From the human T2T-CHM13v2.0 reference genome, Homo sapiens: a stretch of DNA of 64,000 nucleotides. A model generated the notes under the pieces. That model ran no database searches and was not told where the DNA came from. It was given only the letters and a program-made list of their open reading frames with translations. Made by a program: the position numbers and the translations under genes. Below are positions 1-15,188 of the stretch, one piece after another (the stretch's first letter is position 1; every line of letters begins with the position of its first letter). The stretch lies in assembly GCF_009914755.1 (NCBI RefSeq), contig NC_060936.1; one strand, given 5' to 3'.

Positions 1-126
1 TGTAGTCCCAGCCACTTGGGAGGATTGGTTGAGCCAGGAGGTCGATGCTGCAGTGAGCCAAGATCACGCCACTGCACTCCAGTCTAGGCAACAGAGTGAG
101 ACTCTGTCTCAAAACAAAACAAAACA
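1..126 (+). mobile_element. Alu right arm (AluJ-like), cut by window start
   Basis: tgtagtcccagc...gaggtcgatgctgcagtgagc...gagactctgtctc followed by an (AAAAC)n tail. Confidence 0.9.
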
Positions 127-127
127 G

Positions 128-660
<533 letters not shown>

Positions 661-1656
661 TCTGGTCTCTGGGAGGTGGTGTGGGCTCGGCTGTGGTTGA
701 CCTGGCCTCTGGGAGGTGATGGGTGAGGACTTCTTCCCTGCAACAAGGCAGCGGGGAGGGCTGGGCCACTGTCGAGACACCACCCAGGGGGGACGGGACC
801 ACGGTGCCAGTGCTGGGGGCCCTGGGGATCCCACTGCAGATAGGGAGGGGAACAAGGAAACAAAAACAGCTCTGCCCTGGGAGAGGGGAAGGGACACTTG
901 GGATGCCAGATCCCAGATCCGATTTTACAGCTCCCCACCCCCAAGTAAGGCCTGACCAGAGCATCAGAGAATGTGCCCCTACATCCCACCACCAGGATAA
1001 GAAGCCATGAATAAGATGATCTGTAGACGGCAACTGCTCTGAAGAGCAGCGTGGAAGGGGGGACCCAAGGCAAAGAGGGAGAAAATGCAAGGTGTCTCCT
1101 GTCTCTAGAGGAGTGGGAAGTCTCCAGTGGAGCAAGGTAACCATAGCAACAGCAAACTTCAAACCCAACGGGGCTCCTGACTAGGTAGGTCAGCACAGGC
1201 CCTCACCCTAGGGGCCCAGCAGAAGGAAAAATTCCACAAAGAGTGAAACAAAATCAGCAACTCTAAAATGGCTGCACTTGGAATTGTAGATGGAGAAGAG
1301 AGAATGGAATATTTGAAAGAACGATCACTGCGAATTTACCAAAATTAGTGACAACAAATCACAAATCTAAGAAACTAAAGAACACCAAGAAGGATGAACA
1401 ATGACCACACCAAAAACAACACCGAGGCATATCACATTCAAACTGCCGAAACCAGACAGGAAGAAAATCCTGAACACGACCAGAAAGGGGTGAACGGGAA
1501 GCATTACCCATAGAGAAACAAGGATAAAAGTTATGGAATACTTCTCAGAGAAATTATGTGAGCTTTTTTTCATATGTTTGTTTGGCCACATGTATATTTC
1601 CTACGGAAAAACAAGGATAAAAGTTATACAGTACTTCTCACAGAAATTATGCAAGC

Positions 1657-2799
1657 TTTTTTTCATATGTTTGTTGGCCACATGTATGTCTTCTTGTGAA
1701 GTGTCTGTCTGTTCATGTCCTTTGCCCGCTTTTTAATGGGGTTGGTTTTTTCTCGTAGACTCCGAATATTAGACCTTTGTCAGATGGGTAGATTGCAAAA
1801 ATTTTTTCCCACTCTGTAGGTTGCCTGTTCACTCTGATGATAGTTTATTTTGCTGTGCAGAAGCCCTTTAGTTTAATTAGATCCCATTTGTCAATTTTTG
1901 CTTTTGTTACAATTGCTTTTGGCATTTTTGTCATGATACCTTTGCCCGTGCCTATGTCCTGGATGGTACTGCCTAGATTTTCTTCTCGGGATTTTATAGT
2001 TTTGGGTTTTACATTTAGGTCTTTAAAACTCAACGTCACTGATCACTAGAGAAATGCAAATCAAAACCACAATGAGATACCACCTCACACCCATCAGAAT
2101 GACTATTATTAAAAAGTCAATAAACAACAGATGCTGGCAAGGTTGCAGAGAAAAAGGAATGCTTTCACACTGTGGGTGGGAGTGAAAATAAGTTCAGTCA
2201 TTGTGGAAGACAGTGTGGTGATCCCTCAAAGACTTCGAGGCAGAAATACCATTTGACCCAGCAATCCCATTACTGAGTATATACCCAGAGGAATATAAAT
2301 CATTCTATTATAAAGATACATGCACATGTATGTTCACCACAGCACTATTCACAATAGCAAAGACATGGAATCAACCCAAATGTCCATCAATGATAGACTG
2401 GGTAAAGAAAATGTGGTACATATACACCTTGGAATACTATGCAGCCATAAAAAGGAACAAGATCATATCCTTTGCAGGACATGGATGGAGTTGGAAGCCG
2501 TTATCCTCAGCAAACTCATGCAGGAGCAGAAAACCAACTGCTGCATGTTCTCACTTATAAGTGGGAGCTGAATGATGAGAACACATGGACAGCTGGGGGG
2601 AACAACACACACTGGGCCCTGTCGGAGAAGGGGTGAAGGGGGAGGGAGAGCATCAGGAAGAATACCTAATGCATGCTGGGCTTAATATCCAGATGATGGG
2701 ATGATCTGTGCAGTAAACCACCACGGCACACGTTTACCGATGTAACAAAACTGCACATCCTGCACATGTACCCCCAAACTTAAAAGTTGAAGAAAAAAA
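1657..2799 (+). mobile_element. 5'-inverted (twin-primed) L1PA insertion, roughly L1PA13-16
   Basis: 1657-~2026 is antisense ORF2 (KTPKA...[13 protein letters not shown]-like); ~2027-2799 is the sense ORF2 end plus 3'UTR and A tail; 15-bp TSD agaaattatgcaagc (1642-1656) and agaaatgatgcaagc (2800-2814). Confidence 0.88.
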
Positions 2800-3123
2800 A
2801 GAAATGATGCAAGCAAAAATATAAGTAAGTAACATCTTTAAAGTGCTAAAAGAATAAAAAGCTCTCAGAATTCTACAGCTATTGAAAGTATCCTTCAAAA
2901 GTGAAGGAGAAAGAAAGACTCTCCCAGATAAACAAAACTGAGGGCATGCACTCAGCAGACCTGCCCTATGAGAAATGGTGAAAGAAGCAAAGGGAGTATG
3001 ACACAGGTCAGAAACACGGAGCGGAAAAGGCGTCAATATCATAAAAATGGAATAAACGAAGATAACATATCTATTTTTTCTATTTTTAATTGCTCTGAAA
3101 GATCAATGACTAAGCAATAGTAG

Positions 3124-3490
3124 TGCTATGGTTGGAAGGTTGGTGTCCCCTGTACAACTCATCTTTTGAAATCCTAACCCCTGAAGTGGTGTCATTAGGA
3201 GGTGGGGTCTTTGGCAGGTGATGAGGTCATGAGGGTGGAGGAGTCTTCATGAGTGGGATTAGGGCCCTCATAAAAGGTACCACAGAGAGCTGCCTTCCCC
3301 TTCCACCATTGAGGACACAGTGAGAAGTTGCCATCAGTGAGCCAGGAGGTAGGCTCTTACAAGATGCCAAATCTGCCCGTGCCTTGATCTGAGACTTCCC
3401 AGCCTCCAAAACTGCGAGACATAAGTGTTCGTGTTTAGAAGCCACCAAGCTGATGGTATTTTGTTAGAGCAGCCCAAAGAAACTAAGACA
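3124..3490 (+). mobile_element. MaLR solo LTR, MLT1A/MLT1A0-like
   Basis: TG...CA ends (tgctatggtt...actaagaca), 367 bp, ggaggtggggtctttgg...gtcatgagggtggag core, 5-bp TSD agtag/aatag. Confidence 0.85.
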
Positions 3491-3557
3491 AATAGTACCA
3501 ATGTACTGAGGGCATAACATGGAAAATAGAAATGCGTGGGAGTGATAGTGGCACAGG

Positions 3558-3729
3558 GATGGCAGAGGGGGTGGGGACATCCCGCTACAAGGTCTGCATG
3601 ATGGCAGAGGGGTGTGGGGACATCCCGCTACAAGGTCCGCATGATGGCAGAGGGGGCTGGGGACATCCCGCTACAAGGTCCGCATGATGGCAGAGGGGGG
3701 TGGGGACATCCCACTACAAGGTCCGCATG
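3558..3729. repeat. Minisatellite, 4 x 42-44 bp
   Basis: gatggcagagggggtggggacatcccgctacaaggtcygcat starting at 3558, 3600, 3643 and 3686. Confidence 0.95.
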
Positions 3730-4964
3730 CTTCCAGTGAAGCAATAGTATATTACTTGGAGGTGGACTCGGATGATTTAAAAAATGAATATTACAAACCA
3801 CAGTTCACAACCAAATGTTTTAAAACAGGTTCTACATAATATCAACTGAGAAGATGAAATGGAATAATAACAAATGCACCATTAAACTCAGGTAAGGCAG
3901 AAAGAAAGGGAAAAAAACAGAACAAATGGAAAAATACAAGACAACTGACAAGATGGTAATTATTACTCTCATTCCATCAATAATCCTTTTAAATGTGGGT
4001 GGTCAAAGCCACCAGTTAACATGCAGAGAACGCCAGACTGGACAGAAATAGGCAAGCATCAAATACAGGCTGTTTATAAGAAACCCATTTTAAACATGAA
4101 AACGTACACCTGTCAGGAGTAAAGCAAGGAGAAGGGATACTATGCTAACACTACCTGAAAGAAAGCTGGAGTGCAACATTGATTTCAGGCCAAGTGGACT
4201 TCAGAACAAGGAGATTCTACGCTGACGAACAGGTCCATGTGCCAGGAAGACATGACGATCCTAAACATCCACCGCCTGACAACACAACTTCAAATTACAT
4301 GCTACCTTCTCAGCTTCATCCTACCTCGAAGGAAGATGTGGCAGTCATTTATTCTCCAGAAGCAGAACTTCAGAATCACTTTACCTTCTAAGGTAGACCT
4401 TCGAGAGGGCACACACTTGTCGATGGTAACCTGCCGTCCTCAACAAAAGAAACCACATCCAGATGTCCCTACAGGTAGAGTCTGGGTTTGGACAGTTAGT
4501 ACATTTTCTTCTCTGAATGGCTTACTAGAGAATTGACTTTTTTTTGGTAAATAAACAAGGATGTGATTCCTAAGCAGCCAGCACCCCTCTCACTAGAGCA
4601 TGGGGTGGGATTGATCTGTCCCAGCTGGACTCTGGCTGTGGAAGGACACCCTTAGATTTTCTGGATTTGCTGGCCTTCCCCAACAAATGGTTGTCACTGC
4701 ATAAAACATTCCGGGGCCACCTGTGGTCCCTCAAACACACAAACACAAGAAAGGCTAGCAATTAAAACTCCCCAACAATAGGGTTGAGTGAAACACAACT
4801 CTCCATCTTTGAAGTAGGAATAACCTGTCTTGGAAGGAGAGTTGTCAGTTCTTTCTGTCAAGAAATAAAGCAACTGTTTCCACCTAAAGAAAGAAAATGC
4901 CTTCAATCCAGAAACTGCACTCTCTAGCAGAGATTGCACAGTGGTGGCCACGGACATCTTGTAG

Positions 4965-5105
4965 TGTCAGAAGTATTTTTAGGGTCTGAACAGTCTGTTG
5001 TAAAATGTCTTTGAAATTGCACCAACTTTTAAGAATCAGATTTCAGGTGAAAACCTGGATTTCTGGCTTTGCTTGAAAATTCAGAAACCTGACAGCACCG
5101 AGCCT
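4965..5105. mobile_element. hAT-family (MER102-like) DNA transposon fragment
   Basis: gatttctggctttgcttgaaaattcagaaacctgacagcac resembles the recalled MER102 core. Confidence 0.4.
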
Positions 5106-5442
5106 GTAAGGGGCGGAACGAACCCAGCAGCGGCGGCCGCTGTCCTAGGTCAGGTGGGCTGCGGGTTTGCGTGCCCCCAGCACATACCGCCATTGCCTCC
5201 CTGGCCCTGTGGGCCTGCCGGCCGCTGACCAGGGGCTAGAGCATCTCTTCTCCTCCATACACCTGGGGGATGTGGCTCCTCAAGCCCCGCTGAGTTGTGA
5301 ATCCCTGACACGGTGCAGCTGGGCTCTGGCTGGACCTGCCCCTCCACCAGCTCCCCTGCCGCACTGGCCAGGACCTTGCTGACCAGCAGAGCTCCTGTAG
5401 CTGCTGCCTGGCAGGGTGGCAGCTCGGCCTCAGAGCTTTTGA

Positions 5443-5971
<529 letters not shown>

Positions 5972-6649
5972 TGATGGATATTAACACAGTGTGACCAGGG
6001 GGTTCTGGGGGTGAGACCCTGGAGGTAATGTCTCCACAGGAATGACAACAGGGACTGCAGAAAGTCTGGGAGACACAGGGGTGCTGGGTTCTTGGCACCA
6101 TACCCCATGCCATGTGGGTGGTGAAGGAGCCAGGCAGCGCCACCTCGGAACCCCAGCTGTCACTGACCACGGTCAGAAGTAAAAGCCAGATGTCAAGGGC
6201 AACATCTGAGACAGGGGCCTTTTCTGCCCAGGCTCTGCGGTTCTAGAGGGTTTAAGTCAGTAGAGAGAGGGAGAACAAGGAACAGCAGGCTTGAATACAA
6301 CTTACCCTTCCCACCGTCTGTCACTAAACGTCCTTTAAAGCCCCTCCCAACTGGCCATGCTCCAGCCAGGAGTTTGATGACTGAGAGGACTGGAGTCTGT
6401 TCTGAAGACATTTCATTTCTGCATTTTGGTCAACAAGATGAATGGTTCTCCCAGACCTCCAGGGAGTGCGAGGACCTCTCACTGAAGCCTCTAACACTCT
6501 TTAAAGGGCAGGGTTGGTAAAGCAATGGCAGGTGATCCTCACGCAGCCCCCAGGGAGGCGCTGCGGCCCGTGGACCCGAGGAGCTCGACCACACAGCCCC
6601 AAAGGTGTGTCCTCCCACAGCTGACAGCGATTCACTGAAAGAAAAATCA

Positions 6650-6950
6650 CTCACGCCTGTAATCCCAGCACTTTAAGATGGTGAAGCAGGAGGATCACTT
6701 GAGGCCAGGAGTTCGAGACAGCCTGGGCAACATGGCAGGGCTCCATCTCTATAAAAAATACAAAAATTAGCCAGGTGAGGTGGCAGGCGCCTGTGGTCCC
6801 AACTACTTGGGAGGCTGAGGTGGGAGGACCACCTGAGCCCAGGAAGGCAAGGTGAGCCAGTGAGCTGTGATGGCACCACTGCACTCCAGCCTGGGTGACA
6901 CAGCAAGACCCTGACTCTAAAAAAATAATAATTTAAAAATTTAAAAAAGA
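6650..6950 (+). mobile_element. AluJ, slightly 5'-truncated
   Basis: ctcacgcctgtaatcccagcac...ggatcacttgaggccaggagttc...A-rich tail. Confidence 0.92.
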
Positions 6951-7775
6951 GAAATCGGCCTTGCTCAGAGCTCTTTGTAGACACCACTGATGGAAGCTCA
7001 AATTCCACAATCCTTTCCCTTTGCAACAGTCACTGCCTCGCAGGGAGATCCCATCCCAGAGCAGGTACGCGCCTCACCCTAGACGTGCGCACTCCACCCG
7101 TTTGGGTCATGACCACATCCAGCTAATCAGAAACTCCTCTGGCCGAGGAAGCTGTCCTTGTTTGTGGCTCCCCCAAAGACTGGCTCAGCCCCTGAGGGTG
7201 TGGCCAGGCCCTGACTGATGTGTAAGAGGGAACCTGGGCTGAGAGACGGCTGCAGCCAGGACCCCGCCCAGCTGGTAACCTCAGTGCTGCTCAGGATCCC
7301 CTCCCACACAGCCCATTGCTACCTGTGGACCCTCAGAACACAGGGCTCCCAGCAGGAGATGGGGAGTGGAAGGGAGCCCAGTCAATGTGGCCAGGACGGT
7401 TGGAGTCATGTGCACGGGGCTGGCACCACCCCAACCTCCCGACATCCCAAACAGCAGCAATGATGACAACCACAATGATGGCCTCTCATCCTCTGTCCCC
7501 CTGCAAACTACTTAGCCCAGGAGATGCCAATGAGCCAGACGTGGCCCCTCGTGTGTCTGAGTAGAACTTCAGGGAAGAGGGAGTAAACCCAGTCTCTAAG
7601 CGCCTCCCCCTGCTTCACTCCTCATCAACCACCAGGGCCCACAGCCTCAGTCAGCACCACCCATTGTGGAGCAGAGACCGACGAGCTTCCCTATTAGTAG
7701 CTGGGAAAGGAGCAGGGGAGGTGGGCGAGGCAGCGCTGGTTTATAACATTTATGAAATACACACGTGGAGGAGGC

Positions 7776-8450
7776 GTCTTGAGTCCATTTGGGCTGCTAT
7801 AGTGAAATACCTTAGACTGGGTCATTGGAAACAACAGAGACGTGTTGCTCACAGTTCTGGAGGCCGGGAAGGCCAAGGTCAAGGGGCCAGAGGATTCAAT
7901 ATCTGGTGAGGGTCCTCGGGCGCACCTCCTCACTGCATCTTCCCAGGGAGAAGGGACAGGCAGCTTCAGTAGGCTTTGTATTAGGCCGTTCTCATGCTGC
8001 TGTAAAGAAATACCTGAGATTGGGTAATTTATAAAGAAAAGAGGTTGAATTGGCTCACGGTTCCACAGACTGTACAGGAAGCATGGTGGCTTCCGCTTGG
8101 CTTCTGGGGAGGCCTCAGGAAACTCACAATCATGGCGGAAGGTGAAGGGGAAGCTGGCATATCACATGAATGGAACACCAAGGGATGGGAGGTGCCACAC
8201 ATTTTTAAACAACCAGATCTCATGAGAACTCTGTCACGAGAGCAGCAGCAAAGAGCTGCTGCTACACCACTCATGAACAATCCACCCCATGATCCCATCA
8301 CCTCCCACCAGGCCCCACCTCCAACACAGGGGATTATAATTCGACGTGAGATTTGGGAGGGGACACAGATCCTAACCAGATCAGGCCTCTTTTCTAAGGC
8401 CACAGATCCCATTCAGAGGGCAGATCCCCATGACTTCACCTCCTCCTGAA
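7776..8450 (-). mobile_element. MLT1A-like LTR split by an MST insertion
   Basis: gtccatttgggctgctata...ctcacagttctggagg on the left; resumes as ggcctctttt...atcccattcagagggc after 8383. Confidence 0.7.
7977..8383 (-). mobile_element. MSTA/MSTB solo LTR
   Basis: tgtattag...aaagaaatacctgag...ggaggcctcaggaaactcacaatcatggcggaagg...aaccagatca; 5-bp TSD ggctt/ggcct. Confidence 0.88.
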
Positions 8451-9149
8451 AGCATCACTCTTCAAAAGCAGCAGGTCAAAGGGCAAGACCTCCAGAAAAC
8501 CCAACTGTGCCCCAGTCTAGGCCACACACACAGGCTGGGGTCCTGCCCTATGGCCCATGACTTTGCGCTGGTGATCGGTTCATCCACTGGCAGGGACACA
8601 CCAAGGGAGGCTTTTCCTGTGGACCACTGTCTGGCCCCGGGTGCAGCCACTTCTGGCCCTGATGCAGGGTTGGTGTGGGAGGCTTTGGTTGGGGGCACAG
8701 CCCAGAGACGCCCCCTCGCTCTGACATGGCCCCAAGCCAACCTCAGCTCTGCCCTGACTGCAGGGGCCAGGATGATCAGCATTTTTCATGTATCTGTCAG
8801 CCCGTAAGTATATACTATTATTATTTGTCAATTAAAAATAAAATATTTTGGTTTGGGTGGGAGTTGCAAGAAAAAAATTAACTTTAACTTGAAAATCAGA
8901 AAAGAAATGGGATCAGGAACAAAAGACCCACAACAAGCAGAACATCGGTACCGGCAAGGCGCCCTCCTCACTGTCCCTGGGGGTCCTCCGCAGGCCACAG
9001 GAAGGGCAAGGGAGCCTGTCAGGCATTCTCCACACCTTCGGGCCTCGCTTTGGGGGTCCAAGGTCCTCAGAGGCACGGATGTGGAACCACGGAGGGGACA
9101 GGGCAGGCTCTGCTGCAGGCACCTCTTCTCTTCACAGAGACCCCCCACC

Positions 9150-9635
9150 CCCACCACGCCCTTTCTGTGGTTGGGTGCTGACCCCACAAGGGGGTCATGT
9201 GATGCAGGCCTGACCAATCAAGCGACTCCATCCCGTTTCCAGTGATTGGTTCTGGGACAAACATGTGACCCGCTGTGGCCAATCAGAACCAGACTAGGAC
9301 TTGCACAGGGAGCGCTGGGAAAGAGCCTCCCTCTCTATCCGGGAACCTCAGAGCTGCAAGTGGGCACCACTCGCTTTCACGTGTCCATGCTGGGAGAGAC
9401 CTGGGATGGATCAGAGCCCAGATGGGGGCTAGGCAATGGGTCAGAGCCAGGACAGGAGGTGCCACAAAGTGGGGGTATGGGGTCACAAGACCAAGCCGAT
9501 GCAGAAGATCCACCGAGGCTGAGCAGAAACACCTGCTACCTCCACTGAGCCTGGAACTGGCCGCCCCTGATCCCCCACCTTCTCAGAACTTAAGTCCTTT
9601 TACTTATGGGAGTTGAAGCTGATCTGCTATTCTTT
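9150..9635 (+). mobile_element. Old MLT1 (J/K/L-type) LTR, degenerate
   Basis: catgtga...gaccaatca...gtgattggtt...catgtgacc...ggccaatcag pattern typical of old MLT1 U3. Confidence 0.5.
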
Positions 9636-9990
9636 AAAAGCTTCCTCTCTGTAATTGTGTCACTTGAAGAATATTACACAAATGGAAGCATTCAGCCTGG
9701 AGCATTTTGAGACCAGCCTTTTGCACTATTCTCTTGCAATCTGTCCAAGTTGTTATGTCATCAGATGGGAGCCGTCCTGTTGCTTACAGTCAGGCGAAGC
9801 TGTTCTCCTGGTGAACCCACACTTCACGGAACACCTGGATCACACAGAACCATCTGTGACATGAGGAAGCAAGACAAAAACAAGAACAACTGTGATCATA
9901 TCAGATTACAGACAAAACACGAGCATGTTCCAAACCACAAAACAATCAACGTTCCCTCTATCTTGGCCAGTGTGAGAGACTGCAGCATCA

Positions 9991-10653
<663 letters not shown>

Positions 10654-12659
10654 GTGCTTAATCACAGAAATACTCCCCGCTTCCTAATAGCATCTAATTC
10701 AGAGAAACTCCACTTTCTTAAACCTCCCCCCAAGTCACCTAACACAGGTCCAAGTCCTACGCTAAGTGCTTTTGATGCTGTCTTACTGAGAGGTCCACAC
10801 TTCCCCAAGGTATGTGTTCTTCCTCACCGCAATACATCAGTAAACTGAGTTTATTAAAATACACACCAAGGGGCTCTCCCACACTCACACCCTGCCTCCA
10901 TCTCTCTTGGGAGCACCAGGTAAGGGTCCGGGGAAGAGAGCCCACTAGCATGTGACCCCTTTGTGTCTCTGACCCCTGGAGTTCTGCATCCTCATTCAGG
11001 CTCTCAGCGATCTGAGCAGCATTTGAGATGAATTCTCCTCACTGGCTTTTAGGGCATCTGGCACCCCGAGGCCCCCAGGAAAGCACATGCTCACATCATG
11101 CCTTTCCTTGGAAACACCTGTCTTTCCTCAGGGACGTTGGGGTGATGTTGCTCCCAGCCTTTCCATCCTATGAAGAACTCTCCTTAAATCTCAAGTTACC
11201 ATTCTCTGAAGTTAAAATCCATGGGTACAGCAGGTTTCACTGGCTCTGGATGTGTTTATTGAACCTGCTGGACTCAGGTTTTCCGAAATCCCCCGCCTAG
11301 AATAAGAGGCAGTTCATGACTAGAATCTCTGCATCCAAACCCACATTTAGCCCCAGCCCATCTGACCTGTCTCCTTCACACCTAACCACACTCAAGACGT
11401 CCTCCCTCCATCTTCTACCTGTGAGCTGCCGTCTGCCTCCCCCAGATACAAAGGACTGCAGAGGAGGGTTGTTTCACCTCTATCCTAGGTGAGTCTGTTG
11501 CCCCCAGGAGTTTGCAACCTGGGTTGGTGAGTTTATAGAGCAGCCATTACAAATACTAAGTGTGATCAACACCAGATGTGTTGTTATTTGCGTAATGAAT
11601 ATTAGAAGTGGGTATCTATGGGTGAAGTTGTTAACTTATTACAAACCATTACAGGTCTTAGAAAAGCATTTCTGTTAGCGATGAGGGGACTTTCTCATAT
11701 ATGTTGGGACATGCCCCCAACCCTGAATGTGCAGGTAGAGGAACCAGCAGGCCTGGTGGCCTGTGCGCACGGTCCCCACACAGCCCTCTGTTCAGCCTGT
11801 GGATCAGAGGATGTCTGAGCATGGTGCTGCCCAAGGAGTAAAGACCCTGCCCCAGGAATTCCCTTTTCCTTCCTCTAGTAAACCCTTCTGGCAGGGGGAA
11901 GCTGGGTCAGGTTTAAAGAAGATCAGGATCTTTCTGGGCTTACAGAAGAGTTTGATATTGGCCATTCTGTGTTTGCCTCCTAATAAAGAGTTTAATAAAT
12001 GTCCGTGTATATGTGGCAGAATTGGTCGAGTTGCCTTATCATAGATTTGTATGCAAACACATAACCGTCACCACTTCAAATTCTCTGGATGTAACTACCA
12101 TCCACCAGAAATAATCTAATAGTTGTCCAAGAACAGATTTATTCAGGCCCTTTAACAACTGTCTCCACTCCAGGAGGCTTCCTGCAAGGCTGTGGCCAGC
12201 GCTTCAGCCGCATCAAACAAGCCAGGAGAAAACTGCATGTGGAGATGGGATTTTGTGGCTCCAGTGAGGGGAGCTTCTCAGAGACTCCTAAACAGGTTTC
12301 TGGAACTGGGGGAGGATGGATGGCAGTTTTAGTCTGAAGTGAAATTAACCAGCAAGAGTTGATGGGATGTGACTCCCGGAACTCAGGCAAGAATGCCAGC
12401 TCCTTACAATTTCATTTCCAGAGCATCAGAACTGCCAAGAGCCTGGGGTTCCCTAAGGACATCTCATCTCCCTGGATCTGGGAATAGCTTCAGGATGCCT
12501 GGGCTCTGGACAGGTGCGTGGCGCAGCCCTCACTAGCACACGACGTGGTGTCTCCACGGGGCTGCCTTAATTTACCCCCCCGGTGACCACTCACTGAGCA
12601 GCGGGCCTGCCCCGCGTCACTTCGACCCCAGGTGCTACATCATCTCCCTTTATCCCCTG

Positions 12660-12750
12660 CTGCCCTCCGAAGTGGGTGCTGTGGCCACTCCATCCTGCAG
12701 ATGAGGAAGCTGAGGCCCAGAAAGCTCAAGTGACTCCCAGGAGCACTCAG
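12660..12750 (-). mobile_element. MIR core fragment
   Basis: ccatcctgcagatgaggaagctgaggcccagaaagctcaagtgact. Confidence 0.7.
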
Positions 12751-14395
12751 GGGCACACTGCCCCTCTGCCCACATTCCTCCCCGACACCTCCCAGACCAG
12801 GAGACACTAAGTGCCTCCGAACAGATGACAGCACCTGTAAGATGCCCAGAGCACGGAGAGGAGAAACCTCTCATCTGAGGATGCACTGTTTAAAAGGAAA
12901 ATGCACTGCAAGTCTGAATGGTACCTCTGCAAAGGTGCGATTCAAACCAGGCTCTCCGGAGAGTAGGATGCTTCTGCAAAGAGAGAGATTGTGCTTTCCA
13001 GCATTTCATGCAGAATTTTAAGTCGACGAGGGGCTTCTGGTAGACACTCTATCCTGTTCAGAAACCTGGTGAGCTTCCTGAGCCTGGCTGGTGCTGCCTG
13101 GCCTTCGGGCACGAGGGTGGGAAAAGGCTTGTATTACGGTCAGACCCTGGACTCAGGACTGTGGGTCCAGCATCCCCAAGCTCCAGATGGGATAAAAGGG
13201 AACAAATGCCATTGAGCTGTGTTTGAGGAGAACATTCTTCTTCTAATTAGTCCCTCAACTTCTAACAGCATCCAGAATGAAAGGAAGGCCAGAACAGTGG
13301 TCCGCGTAACCACGCTTGTTTCACTGTGCGCTCAGACACTGCCTTCTACAAATGCTTCGCCTTCAGGGAACCTGCACCAACGTGGAAAAGGCTGGATTTC
13401 TCCCAGTTTCACTATTCAGCTGAAATATTGTCTCATCCTGAAGCTGTGAAAATGCCCAACTTCCTTTCTCGTCTCAAGCACTCTCAATGAGTCCCTTTCA
13501 TGATTCCACTCAGTGGTTCCTCAGCTTGCCTGAAACTGGCAGCAGCTTCCTAAAGACATTTGAGCTAAAGCTTTTTTTAATTTTCCAAAAAGGAAGGGAA
13601 ATAATCATTCTAGAGCTTGAACACCTCACCTGGCCCTACCCCCACCATCTCATTCCCTTCCTGATTCAACTATGGACCTATCAGCTGCAGTTTCAAAATG
13701 GCAGCACAGACCTCAGACCCCATAGATTACCTTCCCCTCCTAACCAAGTAACAGGAACCACCTGCCTGGTGCACAAGAGACCATATCATTTGTGCATTCA
13801 TATACTCACATGGCTGTGATTTACTGGGCAGCTTTTGTGTACCAGGGACTGTGCTGACTGCCCAGAAAAGGGCTACAAGGTCATGATATTGGGCTCCATG
13901 TGTGACCACATCTGTTTCTGGGAAGAGCAGAGCTGGAGTTGTTTCTCAGTCCTTCTAGTCCTTATTGTCCAGGGCCTGGGAAAAACCAGCCTTATACACC
14001 ACCCCCACTCCCACACGGGAACAATGCACTGGACCAAGGTCATGAACATTCAGACCTTGATGTGACCTTACCCGTGGAAGTCACGGCCATCGGGGGGTGG
14101 GGGTGATCGGAAACTCCTGTTTCCTTATCTAATTGCCTCTCTGTAGCAGATGATATTGAAATGATACAGACTGAAAGATGAGAATCTGTGAGAAAAAAAA
14201 AAATCAGAACAGAAAATTACGTTGGTTTGTTTCAAGTCGCCTTTCAATCATTCTCCTTTTTTCTCATTCTGGGTTGAGAATGAACTTAACGCTTGATGGA
14301 TACAGACACTATGAGCTAATACACTGTGTGCACAGAGCAAATGTGAAAGAAGATACGGCTCTCCAAAGAGCTTAGAATCTAATCAGATAGATAAG

Positions 14396-14397
<2 letters not shown>

Positions 14398-14428
<31 letters not shown>
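14398..14428. repeat. (CA)n microsatellite
   Basis: About 15 uninterrupted CA units. Confidence 0.95.
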
Positions 14429-14429
<1 letters not shown>

Positions 14430-14866
14430 CACAAGGGATAATGTATGCATGACAATGAACGACCTGGGCCAGATGTGGCCCTGCAGTGATGGAGGAGGGA
14501 ACCAGTTGGTCTAAAGACACGAGGAGGAGGTAGGAGAAGACGAGATTATCTGGAACTTGAAAAACGATGAGCATCTGTTGGTGTGGCTGGATCTGCATGC
14601 AGTCCCCCTGCCCCAACGACTGAGCCTCGTTTTCCTTGGTGAGCCCACCCATCTCATCATTCTATGTGTTTAGCGCAACTGATCACTTTCCTGGATCTAA
14701 GATGGTCGTGTGACTCACACCTGGCTAACTGCATCATCACAGTCCTTACCAGAGATAGACTCAGGGACAGACACGTAGGCCTGGGTGGACCAGTGAGACT
14801 CTGTCCTGAATTTCACTGAAACTGTCAAAAAAGAAGAATTCTGGGCTTTCTAGGAAGATGCAAATA

Positions 14867-15188
14867 CAGTTGGCCTTCTGTGTCTACAAGAGTCTGCATC
14901 TGTGGATTCAACCAACCACAGACAGAAAATTTTCAAAAAAGAAAAATAAAAAATAATACAACAATAAAAAGCACAAATTTTTTAAGTACAGTGTAATAAC
15001 TATTGACATAGCATTTACATTGTATCAGGTATATACATAATCTGGAGATGATTTAAAGTATACAGAAGGATGTGTGTGCATTATATGCAGATATTATGCC
15101 ATTTATGTAAGGGACTTGAACATCCATGGATTCTGGCATCCTTGGGGGCTCCTGGAACCAATCCCCTGAGGATACTGAGGGACAGCTG
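14867..15188. mobile_element. Tigger3a-like MITE inserted in an old MLT1 LTR (about 14690-15450)
   Basis: TA TSDs at 14865-66 and 15189-90; TIRs cagttggccttctgtgtc and gatactgagggacagctg; internal catagcatttacattgtat...gagatgatttaaagtatac. Confidence 0.85.

Larger units (their letters stand above)
1225..4300 (+). mobile_element. Old L1M element (ORF1 3' part, inter-ORF region, ORF2 endonuclease start), interrupted by L1PA, MLT1A and a VNTR
   Basis: ORF1-like gaatatttgaa...gaggcatatcacattcaaactg and gtatccttcaaaagtgaaggagaaa...ccagataaacaaaactgaggg; endonuclease-like tcaataatccttttaaatgtg...ctgtttataagaaacccatttt. Confidence 0.7.

Noticed and set aside
4824-4900. Possible minus-strand exon after a good acceptor (ttttctttctttag)
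   Set aside because: The donor is weak (GTTATT), the peptide is not recognisable, and no partner exons can be supported without RNA data.
5105-5230. CpG-island promoter (GC box, NotI site)
   Set aside because: The CpG-rich stretch is only about 130 bp, too short to call.
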